Virus record (IMG/VR): IMGVR_UViG_3300008262_000040 | DNA length: 64,000 nucleotides | Source: a virus | Direction: 5' to 3' (one strand) | In this document: in pieces, positions 48,921 through 59,140 of the stretch | Layout: each line of letters begins with the position of its first letter | Position numbering within the stretch: the stretch's first letter is position 1 | Program-made: the position numbers and the translations under genes | Notes under the pieces: generated by a model | The model's database searches: none | Seen by the model: the letters and a program-made list of their open reading frames with translations, nothing else | What the model was told of the DNA's origin: nothing

Positions 48921-49172
48921 TTAAATAGGAGAGGTTGGTACTAACCCTGCTGTATTTAAAGAATCATGCAAATCTATAATGTTTTGGGCATTTTGTTTTT
49001 GCCAGTCAACCCATTCTATTGAGTACCCATGTGTATCCAATTCTGTTTTAATGCTCTGATATTGTGATAAAAATGAATCAGCAAAGGTAGAATGACCTTG
49101 CATATAAGAAACTCCAAATTGTACTAATCTACCAAATTTGTAAATGTATTCGTCTGAATAAAAAGTTGCCAT
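48921..49172 (-). CDS. Hypothetical protein
   Basis: Co-oriented ORF between fibre genes. Confidence 0.6.
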   Translation of the reverse strand: MATFYSDEYIYKFGRLVQFGVSYMQGHSTFADSFLSQYQSIKTELDTHGYSIEWVDWQKQNAQNIIDLHDSLNTAGLVPTSPI

Positions 49173-49183
49173 GTTGTATTATT

Positions 49184-51910
49184 TTATATACTAAAAATTA
49201 ATTCCGCTCCATAAACACTAGTAGATCCTCCAGTAGATCTACTCATAATAACTTCAAATTTAACAAAGTCCACTGGTTGGCTTAAATATGTGTCGGGGAT
49301 AGTGAAACCTATGGTTGCGTGTTGTAAACCAAAGTTTGTACCAACTTGATTGATATAGGTAGCTGACGTCATCGCATCACTAGACGTTGAACCTCCAGCA
49401 CTACTGTAAATCACTCTTAATCCAAGTTGATTAGCTACTCCACCATATTGCTCATAAGTGATAACTTTTACACCAAATCCATAAAATCCTCCTACATATG
49501 TACACAATAATGATGATATATCTTGAGCCAATGACATACCTAATGTACCTGCCCCTAAATTTTGCGTACCAGCACCACCATTAATAACATAATCTGAGAT
49601 GTTGTTAAATCCTAATTTGTATGCTCTTCTTGTAAGGTTATAAGATCTATTATTTTGATGTGTGATAATTGAACCTGATACTATTAGATTTTGATTTAAA
49701 ACATTAACAAAAGAAGCGGTACTAGCAAATGATGCACTTACGGCATTTAGTACGTAAGAAGCACTTTGAGCATTTTCTACATAACTAGCTGTTTCTGAGT
49801 AGGAAGATGATGTTACGTATAGTATTGAAGAAGTTACAGTGATCGCATATGAAGCAGTTTCAGCAGTTAATGCATAAGAAGCAGTTTCAGCTAAGAAAGC
49901 ATATGATGCTGTTCCTAAAAGAGAGCCCATAATGCTGCCAGTTACATTTAATGATCCTGATATTGTTTGATTTCCGACAAATGCATTAGATCCTGTTGTT
50001 GCAAGGGTACCGGATACTGCTGTAAATATTGGATCGGTTTCAACGTAGTAAGAAGCAGTTGCTGCCACTCCCTGCAGTGATCCGGTAAAAGATCCTGTAT
50101 TGTAGCTGGATGTAAATGCGTTGAAGGTATTATTTGTTGTGTATCCTGATAGATCTACTGAGCCTGTGTTTACAGTAATGTCAAATGTAGATGCATCGCC
50201 TTTTGTAAAAGTTATTGTATTGTTAGATACAGAAGCAGTTACGAGTAGTGAACCGGTATCAGTTGGTGTGAAAGGTGCCCAAGATGCAGATATTGCTATA
50301 CTAGCAGTTCCGAACAGAGAGCCTGTAAATGAACCGGTAAACGATCCAGTATTGTAACTTGAAGTAAAGCTATTAAATGAAGAAGTAGTTACTAGTGAAC
50401 CTGTATCAATAGTGACTCCTGCATTCAATGCATATGAGGCTGTTAATGCAAAACTAGCCGTTCCTTCTAATGAGCCTGTAAAGGACGAAACAGATCCTGA
50501 GGGAGCTACTATTTCCGTTACTATTAAAGCTCCCGATACTGCGAGACCTTCTGCAGTGGATGATAATGTTGCTTGTAAAGTACCAGTACTATCTACGAAA
50601 TTAATAGTTCCGTTTGATACCCAAATATCTTTCCAAGCGTTTGTAGCACTACCCAAGCTAAAGCTTGACGTTGTACTTATACCGTCTGTAGCAGGGATAA
50701 TTGAACCTGATACTTCAACTGACCCAGACATTGTTATTTTGTCTGATTCAATGGTCATCTTTAAATTAGTATACCCACCCGCTGAAAAACGTATTATGGA
50801 ATCAGCGCCTGAAGAAGCTGTTGAGTCTGTAGATAACCACAGTCCTTTAGTTCCTCCAAAGAAAGCATAATCTGCGTCTGTTGGATTGGTTGCTGATTTT
50901 ATACCAAACACTGCTCTTTCACCCGCACTATTTTCAGCAGCATAGAAAGCGTCTGCTGCAACATTAGTATTGGTATTTGTTACTGTAATCCCTTCCCAAT
51001 AAGTTGGTACTGATGTTGTTATGATTATGTCATCATTGGTAGCTATTGAACCCGAGATTGTTTGATTGCCGTTAAATGTATTTGAGCCTGTTGTTGCTAA
51101 ATTTCCAGCTCCTGTTATATCGCCAGGAACGCTTAAGGTTCCATCGTCATCGAATATCCAAGTATGTTGAGTTGAACCTGTTTGAGAATTGATTTGAACC
51201 CAATGTTTTTCGTTGAATGAATTATCTAAGTTTCTTACAACTACATTAGATTTTTCACCACCTAAATACAAATAAGCGCTTGATGAATCTATAATACCAC
51301 CAGCACGAATATGAATGTGATTTGGTGTTGTTGGGTCTAAGACTACATATTGATCTGTTACAATAGATACATCTGGTTGTAATGTAAGAGTTGTGTATCC
51401 ATTTCCATCACCTGAGCTAGCTGATATAGATTGTATTACGCTTCCATCTCCGAAGTTTATTGAGCCTGAGATCGTTTGGTTGCCGTTAAATATATTTGAG
51501 CCTGTTGTTGCAAGTGAGCTGGTGTCAACAGAAGTAGCAGATCCAGTGGCTACAGTGATATTAAAGGTAGATGCGTCTCCTTTCGTGAAAGTAATTATAT
51601 TGCTATTAACTGATGCTGTTACTAATAACGATCCTGTATCTGTTGATTCTCCATTTAGAGCGTAGGACGCTGTTAGCGCGTAAGATGCTGATGTTACTGT
51701 TGTATCTATTGTACTACCTGAATATAATAAAGATCCAGAAATTATTACAGATCCACTAAGCAACACTCCGTTACTTTTAAGATATAATCCGCTATCACTA
51801 CCACTACCATCTGTAATGCCTTTAAAAGCGTTTGTTATTAATCCATTATCTTCTGTTTTTAACAGTGATTGGTAGGTATCTTTAATTTTTTGTCCGGTTA
51901 ATGATGCCAT
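49184..51910 (-). CDS. Fibre-like Ser/Thr/Gly-rich structural protein
   Basis: Repeated ATTGSNxFxGNQTISGS, ITFTKGDASTF and ASYA modules. Confidence 0.7.
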   Translation of the reverse strand: MASLTGQKIKDTYQSLLKTEDNGLITNAFKGITDGSGSDSGLYLKSNGVLLSGSVIISGSLLYSGSTIDTTVTSASYALTASYALNGESTDTGSLLVTASVNSNIITFTKGDASTFNITVATGSATSVDTSSLATTGSNIFNGNQTISGSINFGDGSVIQSISASSGDGNGYTTLTLQPDVSIVTDQYVVLDPTTPNHIHIRAGGIIDSSSAYLYLGGEKSNVVVRNLDNSFNEKHWVQINSQTGSTQHTWIFDDDGTLSVPGDITGAGNLATTGSNTFNGNQTISGSIATNDDIIITTSVPTYWEGITVTNTNTNVAADAFYAAENSAGERAVFGIKSATNPTDADYAFFGGTKGLWLSTDSTASSGADSIIRFSAGGYTNLKMTIESDKITMSGSVEVSGSIIPATDGISTTSSFSLGSATNAWKDIWVSNGTINFVDSTGTLQATLSSTAEGLAVSGALIVTEIVAPSGSVSSFTGSLEGTASFALTASYALNAGVTIDTGSLVTTSSFNSFTSSYNTGSFTGSFTGSLFGTASIAISASWAPFTPTDTGSLLVTASVSNNTITFTKGDASTFDITVNTGSVDLSGYTTNNTFNAFTSSYNTGSFTGSLQGVAATASYYVETDPIFTAVSGTLATTGSNAFVGNQTISGSLNVTGSIMGSLLGTASYAFLAETASYALTAETASYAITVTSSILYVTSSSYSETASYVENAQSASYVLNAVSASFASTASFVNVLNQNLIVSGSIITHQNNRSYNLTRRAYKLGFNNISDYVINGGAGTQNLGAGTLGMSLAQDISSLLCTYVGGFYGFGVKVITYEQYGGVANQLGLRVIYSSAGGSTSSDAMTSATYINQVGTNFGLQHATIGFTIPDTYLSQPVDFVKFEVIMSRSTGGSTSVYGAELIFSI

Positions 51911-51959
51911 TGTTATAATATTGTGTCTTCTATAAATATTGTGATTGTTCTGTTTATCG

Positions 51960-52346
51960 TTAATATTCTCCTAAATCTATACTGTCAAAAGAGTTCTCGT
52001 CACCAAAAGTATCAACTCCTTCTATAGTAATAGAACCTGTATTGTACACGCTAGACGTTACATACGTAGCTCCGTGTATCACAAAATCTGGTATGATCGC
52101 TCTATCACCTTCCCATGTTGAAAATGCCTCTTCCCATGTTGCATTTGTTTCGTTCCACGCCATCTGCCCTGTTGGCATTGGATTCCTCTGTCCGTCCCAG
52201 GTACCGTACGCTTGTTCCCAAGTTTGATTAGCTTGATCCCAATTTGTTTGCCCAGCCATAATTCTAGAACTACTTAGTATCAATTGATCATCGATAGCAT
52301 TGTAGTGTAAGTTGGATAGTACTTGTTTTAATTTTAATCTTGCCAT
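51960..52346 (-). CDS. Hypothetical protein with Trp heptad repeats
   Basis: Two W-x6-W-x6-W blocks. Confidence 0.65.
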   Translation of the reverse strand: MARLKLKQVLSNLHYNAIDDQLILSSSRIMAGQTNWDQANQTWEQAYGTWDGQRNPMPTGQMAWNETNATWEEAFSTWEGDRAIIPDFVIHGATYVTSSVYNTGSITIEGVDTFGDENSFDSIDLGEY

Positions 52347-53602
52347 TATGCACTAAATTTACCAATTCCTACAATCTCGTCGTCGTACTCTAATTCGTAA
52401 GACAACAATTCTGGGTTTATAACTAACGTTGATGTGCCTGATGATTGGGTAAAGCTAACTATCGCTGTCTTTTCTATCAATTGTCCATTACAGAAGAACG
52501 TAAAATTATCGACTGATGTAGCGGGTAAACCACTTGGAGCGACTAGCCATCCAGACGCAAAAGTAACTGTTGTTGGTGTTGATACAATACCTGACAATTC
52601 TTTGTTTGTGTTTATATAAGTTATCGCTTCTGTTGGCACGTTACTTATTATTTGATTTATTACTGTGTTATTTGAGTCAGCTGCTATCACGTTAGCAAGT
52701 TTCTTACTAGTAGATTTCTTAGTCGTAGCGAATTGTTCTATACCAGAATTGGTTATTTCCAAACCAAATACTATTTTTGATACCCCGTAGTATTTTGTAG
52801 CATTGGCCATCTTTTTATTTATGGTATCTGGTATTAGGTAACCGTTAAGAGTTACATTGAAATTTGTTTTAACAGCTCTGTCTTCTCCCTGTTCGTACTG
52901 TGTACTATCGGTAAACGTTTCTATAGAACTGTGGAAAAGAAATCTATTGGGATCTCCCCAATAAGCCCTAGAAGCAAAATTCAAAGCTTCTACAACCTTA
53001 TCCATCTGTTCCATGTAATGGGTCCAAACTACGCACTCGTACTCTACTGTTACGTAATCTGGTGTGGCTACCGCAACGTACTCTTTCTCTGGAGATCTAT
53101 TAGCTAGTAAGTTAAAGTTGCTATAGAAATTTCTTGTTGAGTATCTTTTTTCGAACAGTTGTAAGTTGTGAACTAAGTTACCGTCCAATTTAAAACCCAA
53201 ATTCCTATTTTGTGTTATGGTGTTTCTTTTGAATACAAGTAGCGGCGCCATCAGTTTGCCCTCTTTATCCCTAAAGTAACCGTCCTTTTGAAAGTTCTTC
53301 CAATTTTCTGCTGATCCGTATATTATCGGTATCGCTATTCTATTATTGTTCTGTACTACAAAGAGTTTTAACACCTTTTCGAAGTAGTACATCACCGCCT
53401 CATCTATGTCCTTTATACCTATGGAAAAGTCTTTATCTTGCGGTGTATCAGAAGCTACTTGATACGATCTATTTATTTCGGGCATTCCAGACTTCTTAGG
53501 TTCTGAAAAGACTTTAGTCGGATCGCTATAGCCTTTCACGTAAGGCTCTGACAGCGACGTCATAAATTCTCTTCTATTCCTTGGTCTTGTGCCTTGATTC
53601 AT
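52346..53602 (-). CDS. Tail terminator / sheath stabiliser (gp15-like) with C-terminal extension
   Basis: IPIIYG..ENW...P.YVTVEYE..VWT...MDKVVE; follows the neck genes. Confidence 0.6.
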   Translation of the reverse strand: MNQGTRPRNRREFMTSLSEPYVKGYSDPTKVFSEPKKSGMPEINRSYQVASDTPQDKDFSIGIKDIDEAVMYYFEKVLKLFVVQNNNRIAIPIIYGSAENWKNFQKDGYFRDKEGKLMAPLLVFKRNTITQNRNLGFKLDGNLVHNLQLFEKRYSTRNFYSNFNLLANRSPEKEYVAVATPDYVTVEYECVVWTHYMEQMDKVVEALNFASRAYWGDPNRFLFHSSIETFTDSTQYEQGEDRAVKTNFNVTLNGYLIPDTINKKMANATKYYGVSKIVFGLEITNSGIEQFATTKKSTSKKLANVIAADSNNTVINQIISNVPTEAITYINTNKELSGIVSTPTTVTFASGWLVAPSGLPATSVDNFTFFCNGQLIEKTAIVSFTQSSGTSTLVINPELLSYELEYDDEIVGIGKFSA

Positions 53603-53603
53603 T

Positions 53604-54095
53604 TTACAGTCTGTTTTGTTTTATTCCCAATATGTCAGGACTAGTTAAATGGGTTAAAACTAGTAAAGAGTAAGAATCGCCAAAGTTTTCTAACCCTTGT
53701 TCGTATGAGTAATCATTATCTTTACCAACTATGAATTGATTCTCATTAACCCCATCCACATGGTAAAAACTCTCATTATACATTATAGCGTCTCCAACTT
53801 CAGGTACTACGTTTGCTTGCTCTAAATGGTATTTCATAAATCTAAACGTAATAGGTCGATCAACGTCAACACCAAAGTTCTCTTTCTTAAACGCAAAATC
53901 ACCGCGTTCAATCAAACAGTTTATTAGCACCGGACCAATGAAGTATTTATTCTGCGCTTCACCGTAAACGTTGGACTCTGTGTCTTGTAGTCTTACTTTA
54001 TAGTATCCGCAATTCTGGGATATGACGTTTTCTAAGAGCTCTCTTGATATGCCCCTAAAAGTACTTATGTCCCTTCTTGTGCCAAACAGTGCCAT
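53604..54095 (-). CDS. Neck / head-closure protein (gp14-like)
   Basis: YYKV....NVYGEA...PEVGDAI; position in the gene order. Confidence 0.65.
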   Translation of the reverse strand: MALFGTRRDISTFRGISRELLENVISQNCGYYKVRLQDTESNVYGEAQNKYFIGPVLINCLIERGDFAFKKENFGVDVDRPITFRFMKYHLEQANVVPEVGDAIMYNESFYHVDGVNENQFIVGKDNDYSYEQGLENFGDSYSLLVLTHLTSPDILGIKQNRL

Positions 54096-54096
54096 G

Positions 54097-55263
54097 TTAC
54101 AGTATAAATATTGGTATTGGTACTTGGTTCAATGTGTCGTTCAAAGACTGATTTTCCGCTTGCTTCCTTTCTAACTGTGACCTTCTACTCATGTCCTCTA
54201 AATCGCCTCTAAGCTTATCTCTTAACGCGGTCTTCATGTCTCTACCCATAGCTACAAGATCTCCTGCATTTAGTGTAACCTCCGCTCCTGGTATTGGAAC
54301 AGTTGAGTATTTACCCCTGATCAGTCCTAATAATTCTGCGCAAAGAGCTAATGTATACTCAAATATCCACTGCTTTCCTGGATAGTTTATCTGATTGTAT
54401 GTTATAGCTCCGTAAGGAACATTTGATGGATTGCTTACTAGGCCAGGATTAGTTCCATAATAGCTATTTCCCGCTATGTTAGATGTTTCGCTTCTCTTCG
54501 CGTATTGGAAGAACAAAAGCATATCGTCGTTTTCCGGTATTGGAAATATGCGTATCTTATTATTTATTAGTTCGAAGCTAAACGCTGAACGTCTAACCAT
54601 ATTTGACATCTCTATCTCTTGAATTCTTTGAATGTCCCAATAAACTGGGAACAATACGAAGTTTAGACCTGGGGAATAACTCGCCCAACCAAAGTTTTCT
54701 GTAGCTCCTTGGTAGTTTATAGAACCGCCTATGTATGGATCGTAGTATTGGTTAACAGCTGGATTTGATTCATAGAATATACGCTTTATCTGTATCCTAT
54801 CGTTAGAAGCTAATCCTCCTGAAGTTATCGCCCACTGTTGTAGGTCGTAAACCTGTTGATTCTTTTTAAGAGTCAATGAACCAGTGTACCATTCTGTGTT
54901 ACCCCCAACGCCAGCTGCCTCTCCGTAATCATCAGCTATAGCTATGATGTTATTCAAAGAAGGCGTAATTACTGTGTTATTCAATAGAGAAGACGTTGGA
55001 GATCCCTCTATGCTTATGTAATTGTCTTTTATCTTTATTTGATAAAGTTCTTCTGCGTAAACAGATATCGCTTCTTCAAAACATGCATATATGTTTAGAT
55101 CGTCCAATTCTACGTCCATTACCCCATAACCCAACTTTCTTGCAACGAAGTTTGCGACCTTGGGTCCATCTGATTGGAACTGCGGATCACTATCGTAGAA
55201 ACCGAAAGGCGTGTTTCCAGCTATCGGTATGGGCGTTCCATCGTATATTGCGGGATTTGGCAT
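54097..55263 (-). CDS. Neck / head-tail adaptor protein (gp13-like)
   Basis: RKLGYGVMDVEL...WIFEYTLAL..ELLG.IRGKY...VTLN. Confidence 0.8.
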   Translation of the reverse strand: MPNPAIYDGTPIPIAGNTPFGFYDSDPQFQSDGPKVANFVARKLGYGVMDVELDDLNIYACFEEAISVYAEELYQIKIKDNYISIEGSPTSSLLNNTVITPSLNNIIAIADDYGEAAGVGGNTEWYTGSLTLKKNQQVYDLQQWAITSGGLASNDRIQIKRIFYESNPAVNQYYDPYIGGSINYQGATENFGWASYSPGLNFVLFPVYWDIQRIQEIEMSNMVRRSAFSFELINNKIRIFPIPENDDMLLFFQYAKRSETSNIAGNSYYGTNPGLVSNPSNVPYGAITYNQINYPGKQWIFEYTLALCAELLGLIRGKYSTVPIPGAEVTLNAGDLVAMGRDMKTALRDKLRGDLEDMSRRSQLERKQAENQSLNDTLNQVPIPIFIL

Positions 55264-55268
55264 GTTAT

Positions 55269-55940
55269 TTAATCTAAGTGTTCTTTATATATTTTTAGTA
55301 TGTCTTCTACTATTGGGTCCCTGTGGTTCTTCTTAAGCGTTATCACTTCGAAACCGGGTACCTCTTTGAAATTTGTACACAGAAACTGAAATCCGCTCAT
55401 CTTCCTGTCTTTTAAATCTATCTGAGACACATCCCCGCACACTATCATCTTCGTTCCTATGCATATCCTACCCAAAAGCAACTCCATCTGTCTGTGGGTT
55501 ATGTTTTGGGCTTCGTCAACAACTACGCAACTATTTGTCAAATTCCTTCCTCTCATGAACGCCAACGGTATCACCTCGATCCTTCCCTCTGTTATCTCCT
55601 TATCTATCTTCTCCTTACTGTACAATCTATACATGTTGTCGTATATGGCTGCGGTGTAGGGAGCCAGCTTAGCGTCTTTGTCTCCTGGAAGGTAACCTAT
55701 TTCCTCTCCTGATGTAACAGCTGGTCTCGTTAGTATTATCTTTTCTACTTCTCTTCTAAACAATAGGTCTAAGGCGACCTGTGCTGCTACCGATTTTCCA
55801 GATCCAGCTTGACCCTTAACAACCGTTATCTTGTTGTTTAGTATCGCTGCTTTTGTCTCTTTTTGCTCCTCATTCAGTGTTACCTGAAACTTTATAGGAT
55901 TCTTTGGCTTTCTTTTTTGCGAAACAGGTTGATTTTCCAT
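55269..55940 (-). CDS. phoH: PhoH-family ATPase
   Basis: GQAGSGKS, LTRPAV, GYLPG, AFMRGR, DEAQN, GDVSQID, HR; start MENQ at 55940. Confidence 0.95.
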   Translation of the reverse strand: MENQPVSQKRKPKNPIKFQVTLNEEQKETKAAILNNKITVVKGQAGSGKSVAAQVALDLLFRREVEKIILTRPAVTSGEEIGYLPGDKDAKLAPYTAAIYDNMYRLYSKEKIDKEITEGRIEVIPLAFMRGRNLTNSCVVVDEAQNITHRQMELLLGRICIGTKMIVCGDVSQIDLKDRKMSGFQFLCTNFKEVPGFEVITLKKNHRDPIVEDILKIYKEHLD

Positions 55941-56110
55941 CTTGTAACTGTGTTTTATATAAATATGCACAAGGTAGCAACGCTCTACACTATTTTGTTA
56001 AGCGCCAAAAGTCACCAGGAGCTCATGGGGTAAGCTGTTTTTTAGGCATATTGTTGTATAGGTAGGAGAAAATGAGCTTTGGGTGAGCTCAGGGTGTCAC
56101 TTGGGAGCAT

Positions 56111-56137
56111 AAAAAAGGCCGGCTTACGGGCCGACCT
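56111..56137 (-). terminator. Intrinsic terminator after the major capsid gene
   Basis: AGGTCGGC-ccgtaa-GCCGGCCT followed by a T run. Confidence 0.88.
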
Positions 56138-56159
56138 ATTTTAGTATACGGTGTTAATA

Positions 56160-57818
56160 TTAGATAACGTTTGTATCTGCTACTACAACTAAACCATAAA
56201 ACTCGGGCCTGATCATTGTCATCGCGTAACGAGTCATGATACCTTTGCGAGGTGTAAAAGTATTAGGATCGTAAACGAGAGGAGTCATGATCAATGGAAC
56301 GTACGGAGAGTATACAGCGCCACACTCAAGGAACTGGTTACCGCGATAACCCATAAGGATCACGTTCTCAGTCATGTAAGGGTTCTTGTAAACTTTGTAA
56401 CGGCTGTTCAAAGCACCGATCTTCTGTACACCGAAAGCATACTTCATTGTGTCAGCAGCTCCATCAGTATCAGCAGCAAATCCAGGGATTGACTCGAGGA
56501 TTGTAGCAACTGTAGGAGAAACTACCATGAAGTTAGCGCCGCCACGTAAAGTTCGTTGGTGGATGATGTTAGACACCTTCTGAAGTTTGATACCAAGTGT
56601 TTGGAACCAAGTCATTTGAGTGTAAAACACACCAGATACGTTGCTATCGTATTGCGTATAAGAAGCGTTGATTTGGCTACCAACCTTAGCAGACCAGTAC
56701 TCAACGGTAGGAGCATTTTGGATTAGCATATCCATTACTTCGAGGTCGATCTCAAGAGAGATGTGCTCAGAAAGGATGCCAGTCAATTCAGCTTCAGCGT
56801 CAAGAGAGTGGTAAGCGTTAAGGTCTTGTGCAAATTCAGGAGTCCATTGTGCTTTCAACTTACGAGTCTTAGCAGAAACGGTCTGATTCTTCATCTGTAC
56901 GTTGATCTCAGGGATAACGATAGATGTGTTAGAAGCAGCATTAGGAACTGAAGGTAAACCAGCTCTGTCTTCGAAGTCACCGCGAGAGTTGAAGTCTGTC
57001 TTCTTATTGTAGTTAACCACGTAAGTAGCTGTACCTGCGAAAGATGCAAGAGCTTTATTTACGAAGAAATTAACATATACACCAGCAGCGCTAGAAGAAA
57101 GAGCAGTGAACTGTTGTAAGTTATCAGCAGCGTTAACTGTAGAACCAGAAGTGATGATGAAAGCTCTAACCCCGTCTACGTTGATGTCAGCACCAAGAGA
57201 AGAAGTAGGAACAGTTACCTTAGTGATTGTCTTAGCTGCAACAGATGCAGAGAAATCAGCATTAAACTCCAATTCTGCAAAAGTAGCAGAAGCACTTGTA
57301 GCGGTAGAAGAGCTAACAGAAGCGCTAAACTGATTCAAAGAGTAACCGAACTTACCAGCGCCGTAAAGACCACCAGCAGCCAAGTTACCAAAGTTAGCAG
57401 AAGGAGTACCGTAGATTGAGTTACCAGCTCCAAAAGGATTCTTATCGTTTCCGTATTGGAAATCAAGGTAGAATACTAGGCCTGCAGGAAGGTTCATAGG
57501 TTGAACGCTAACGAATTCTTTCGCAGCGATCTGTCCCATGATCTTACGAACCAATGGAAGAGCTACGCCAGCCCATTGTTCGCCAGTTCCGTTACCGCTC
57601 CATGTGTTACCGCCTTGGTTTGTGTTAGTGGTTTCAACTACGAGCTGTTTTGCTTGGTTTTCTAACAACACTGCCATGTTGTTCTTTTCGTAATCCTGTA
57701 GACCTTCTAAAAGTCCGGATTTTTCCCATTTTTTTGAAAGGCGAGTAGCAACACCCGTTTGGCTTTCAAAGGCAGTTTGGGCTGATTCGCTTAGAAGCGA
57801 GCTTACTAAATTTGCCAT
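56160..57818 (-). CDS. Major capsid protein (T4 gp23-like)
   Basis: KWEKSGLLEG, VQPMNLPAGLVFY, AKTRKLKAQWTPEFAQDL, YSPYVPL, MTRY; start MANLV at 57818. Confidence 0.96.
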   Translation of the reverse strand: MANLVSSLLSESAQTAFESQTGVATRLSKKWEKSGLLEGLQDYEKNNMAVLLENQAKQLVVETTNTNQGGNTWSGNGTGEQWAGVALPLVRKIMGQIAAKEFVSVQPMNLPAGLVFYLDFQYGNDKNPFGAGNSIYGTPSANFGNLAAGGLYGAGKFGYSLNQFSASVSSSTATSASATFAELEFNADFSASVAAKTITKVTVPTSSLGADINVDGVRAFIITSGSTVNAADNLQQFTALSSSAAGVYVNFFVNKALASFAGTATYVVNYNKKTDFNSRGDFEDRAGLPSVPNAASNTSIVIPEINVQMKNQTVSAKTRKLKAQWTPEFAQDLNAYHSLDAEAELTGILSEHISLEIDLEVMDMLIQNAPTVEYWSAKVGSQINASYTQYDSNVSGVFYTQMTWFQTLGIKLQKVSNIIHQRTLRGGANFMVVSPTVATILESIPGFAADTDGAADTMKYAFGVQKIGALNSRYKVYKNPYMTENVILMGYRGNQFLECGAVYSPYVPLIMTPLVYDPNTFTPRKGIMTRYAMTMIRPEFYGLVVVADTNVI

Positions 57819-57853
57819 TGTGATTATTGGTTTTTTGTTTTGTTTTTGATTTT

Positions 57854-59020
57854 TTATTTGATACCTGCGATCTTTTGCCACCTGTTAACGAAAGCGTCAG
57901 CTTCCACGATGTTAGTTTTAGGTGCTACTCCGATCGGTTTTGATGCGAAACCTACAGATTCTTTGATAATCTGTGATTTTTTAGCTTGGAAAGATTCGCT
58001 AAGCGTCTCGTAAGTGTTTTTAACTTCTTTGATGCTTACGTTTCTATCGAAAGCTTTAACTACTTTTACTTTTTCAGACTCGGTCAAAGATTTAGCTTTG
58101 AAGATCTTGTTCATGTAAAGAAGCTTAGCATTCAAGAGGTTGATTTCGTTGATGCTCTCTCTCAATTCAGCGATTGTTTCTTTTGCCATTTTGAGTTCTT
58201 CTTCCATGCCGTGATGTTTTTCTTCTGCAACTGGTGCAGAGTCTCCATCGATGTCTACTCCGACCTTTTCAGCAGCCTTAGCCAATTCAGCTTTTTCTCC
58301 CTTATCTGTTAATGCCGCCCAATATCCTTTAATCATTGGTATAGCTTTTGGTAAAGCAATAGCTCCCGCTACTACTGCACCAACAACGCCTAAACCTAAT
58401 AAGAAAGTGTTCTCAGGTGATACATTACCAAAAAGGTCTAATGCAGCTTTTTTAGCTCCAGTCATTACGTCTTCTTCAACGTGATCTTTACCCTCTTCGT
58501 ACTTTTCAGCTTCCATTTCAGCTAAGATTTCGTCCAAAGATAGTGGGGCTTCTTCTGATCCTTCACCGGCTTCGTCTCCCATTTCAGCAGCTTGAGGCAT
58601 CAAAGCGGCTTTAAGATCTCCCAAAGTTAGTTGAACCACCTTTGTGTCGTCTGATACAGCTTCTTCTTCATCAGCAACTTCGTCATCGGAATCAGCTTCG
58701 TCTTCGTCGTCACCCTCTGCTTCGTTGATTGCTCCCTCTTCTTGACCATCAAGTTCGTCGAGCTCAGCAAGAATTTCTTCTAAAGTAGCGTCAGTAACTT
58801 CGTCAATGCCTTCTTCTTTCATTGCACCTTCCTCTTCGTATCCCTCTTCGTAAGTACCTTCTTCAAGATCTTCTTCGAGTTCTTCAGAGAGTTTAAGGCG
58901 CATCATTTCTTGAATAGCGGGCTCAAGTGCTTCTTGCATGATTGATTTTGCGTTTGCAATTGCACCGGCACGTAATGCTTTAGCGTCAAGAATCGCTTCT
59001 TTGTAAATTTTGTTGTCCAT
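57854..59020 (-). CDS. Prohead scaffolding/core protein
   Basis: Highly acidic; between protease and MCP; INLLNAKLLY and C-terminal RWQKIAGIK. Confidence 0.8.
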   Translation of the reverse strand: MDNKIYKEAILDAKALRAGAIANAKSIMQEALEPAIQEMMRLKLSEELEEDLEEGTYEEGYEEEGAMKEEGIDEVTDATLEEILAELDELDGQEEGAINEAEGDDEDEADSDDEVADEEEAVSDDTKVVQLTLGDLKAALMPQAAEMGDEAGEGSEEAPLSLDEILAEMEAEKYEEGKDHVEEDVMTGAKKAALDLFGNVSPENTFLLGLGVVGAVVAGAIALPKAIPMIKGYWAALTDKGEKAELAKAAEKVGVDIDGDSAPVAEEKHHGMEEELKMAKETIAELRESINEINLLNAKLLYMNKIFKAKSLTESEKVKVVKAFDRNVSIKEVKNTYETLSESFQAKKSQIIKESVGFASKPIGVAPKTNIVEADAFVNRWQKIAGIK

Positions 59021-59140
59021 AATTTTTTTTTGGTTTTTAATTGCTTATTGTAGATTGAAGCAATATGTGTTTTTTTGATCTAGTGCAATAGTGGGATTTG
59101 CACATTTATCAATAAATATGTATATTTTTGGTAGAATCGC

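Noticed and set aside
55775-55815. PhoH Walker A region (GKSVAAQ) looks one residue short
   Set aside because: The frame is intact and natural variation cannot be excluded without an alignment
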